The translations under genes and the position numbers were made by a program. From Calcarisporiella thermophila CBS 279.70 (taxonomy: Eukaryota > Fungi > Calcarisporiellomycota): a DNA stretch of 64,000 nucleotides. Below are positions 63,267 to 64,000 of the stretch, in pieces. How positions within the stretch are numbered: position 1 is the stretch's first letter; each line of letters starts with the position of its first letter. Where the stretch lies: NCBI RefSeq assembly GCF_041956535.1, contig NW_027192195.1, positions 1,003,762 through 1,067,761 of the forward strand. The letters run 5' to 3'. The notes beneath the pieces were generated by a model. The model was not told the DNA's origin. It searched no databases and worked only from the letters and a program-made list of their open reading frames with translations.

Positions 63267-64000
63267 TATTGCCGGGTTTTAGCGCGCAGTTCATTAACAG
63301 ATTTCGCCTATTTTGAGCTAAATTGGCGGGGGTAACCTGACAACCTAAGGAGTATGTGACTTCGCTCCCTCTATCGCATGAGATAATAATCTGGATAGCT
63401 GTCCTCCGGGCTCAGGAGGCGATGGTTTGGAGACGCTTCAGCCACCGCCGGTAGGCTCTCATGCCATTGGCCGTGGGAGAGGAGGGGGTGGGAAAAGGAC
63501 GAAGCAGGAACAGCCATGGAGAAGAGCCTGTGATTGCGCTAGAAAACTGGAAGAGTAAATAGAAGCTTGGGGGCTGCCAGCGAACGGGTCACCGTGGACA
63601 TTAGCGGGGTTCATGAGCACGGCGGGCAACGGCGGGCCGCCCGAATGCACCGCAGCTGTCTTGATGATCTAATCCAGGGAGCGCCGTCGTGGCCGAACAC
63701 AAGCTTCGAGTCTAAAGGCAATCGAGGCCGGTCAAAGTTTTGCTGCAGTCATCATCTCCTTTTATGGAGGAGGCCAGCAAATCAAGGTCACGCGCCCCCA
63801 CCTGTGCTGGCCCCAACTTTCTGTTTCTGCCCGCAGAACGAAATTAAGTAGGATTCTAAGTGTGCTTATTCTGAACGACTTTCTAAATCGCACAAGCTTG
63901 AAAACTCTCCTCTTTGCTTCTCCCCCTTTCCCTGCTTAGTTGCTGATAGTAGAATAGAATGTGCTCATGCTCGACTTTATCTGACTGCCTTCAGTTGTAT

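Overview
Gene-dense eukaryotic window with short GT-AG introns (about 55-130 nt). The gene content points to an early-diverging fungus, probably Mucoromycota (inference). I can support about 29 protein-coding genes: RPS2 (5' end only), TIM10, an ANP32-family protein, Cdc25/Mih1, a ketohexokinase-like PfkB kinase, DPM3, ISA2, TIM8, GTP cyclohydrolase I, a secreted S/T-rich protein, RFC3, a GIT1-like MFS transporter, GST, a Siva-like zinc-finger protein, a ZFYVE19/ANCHR-like protein, a USP12/46-like DUB, an FMN-binding PPOX-like protein, PEX10, an NSUN-family methyltransferase, TBP, a small cupin, a UPF0132-like membrane protein, a lipase, a small Cys-rich secreted peptide, RAD2/XPG, SHMT, a homeobox TF, PEPCK, TMS1/SERINC and a DCAF5-like WD40 protein. 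There is also an unprocessed ARF pseudogene. Main discovery: a ~300-bp duplicated bidirectional promoter with twin MCB boxes (15.8-16.1 kb and 22.2-22.5 kb). It shows that RFC3 (PCNA clamp loader) and a spliced SIVA1-like gene, whose zinc finger is absent from the ORF track, were once a head-to-head pair, later split by duplication and reciprocal gene loss. Other highlights are an ANP32E-type H2A.Z-interaction motif, a mitochondrial-presequence-like extension on an ATP-PEPCK, a secreted peptide with palindromic cysteine spacing, a LINE-like stem-loop plus (GAAT)n tail, and a left-to-right rise in GC. No tRNA, rRNA or CRISPR was recognised. All exon structures and family assignments were made by eye; homolog sequences are recalled from memory, not searched.
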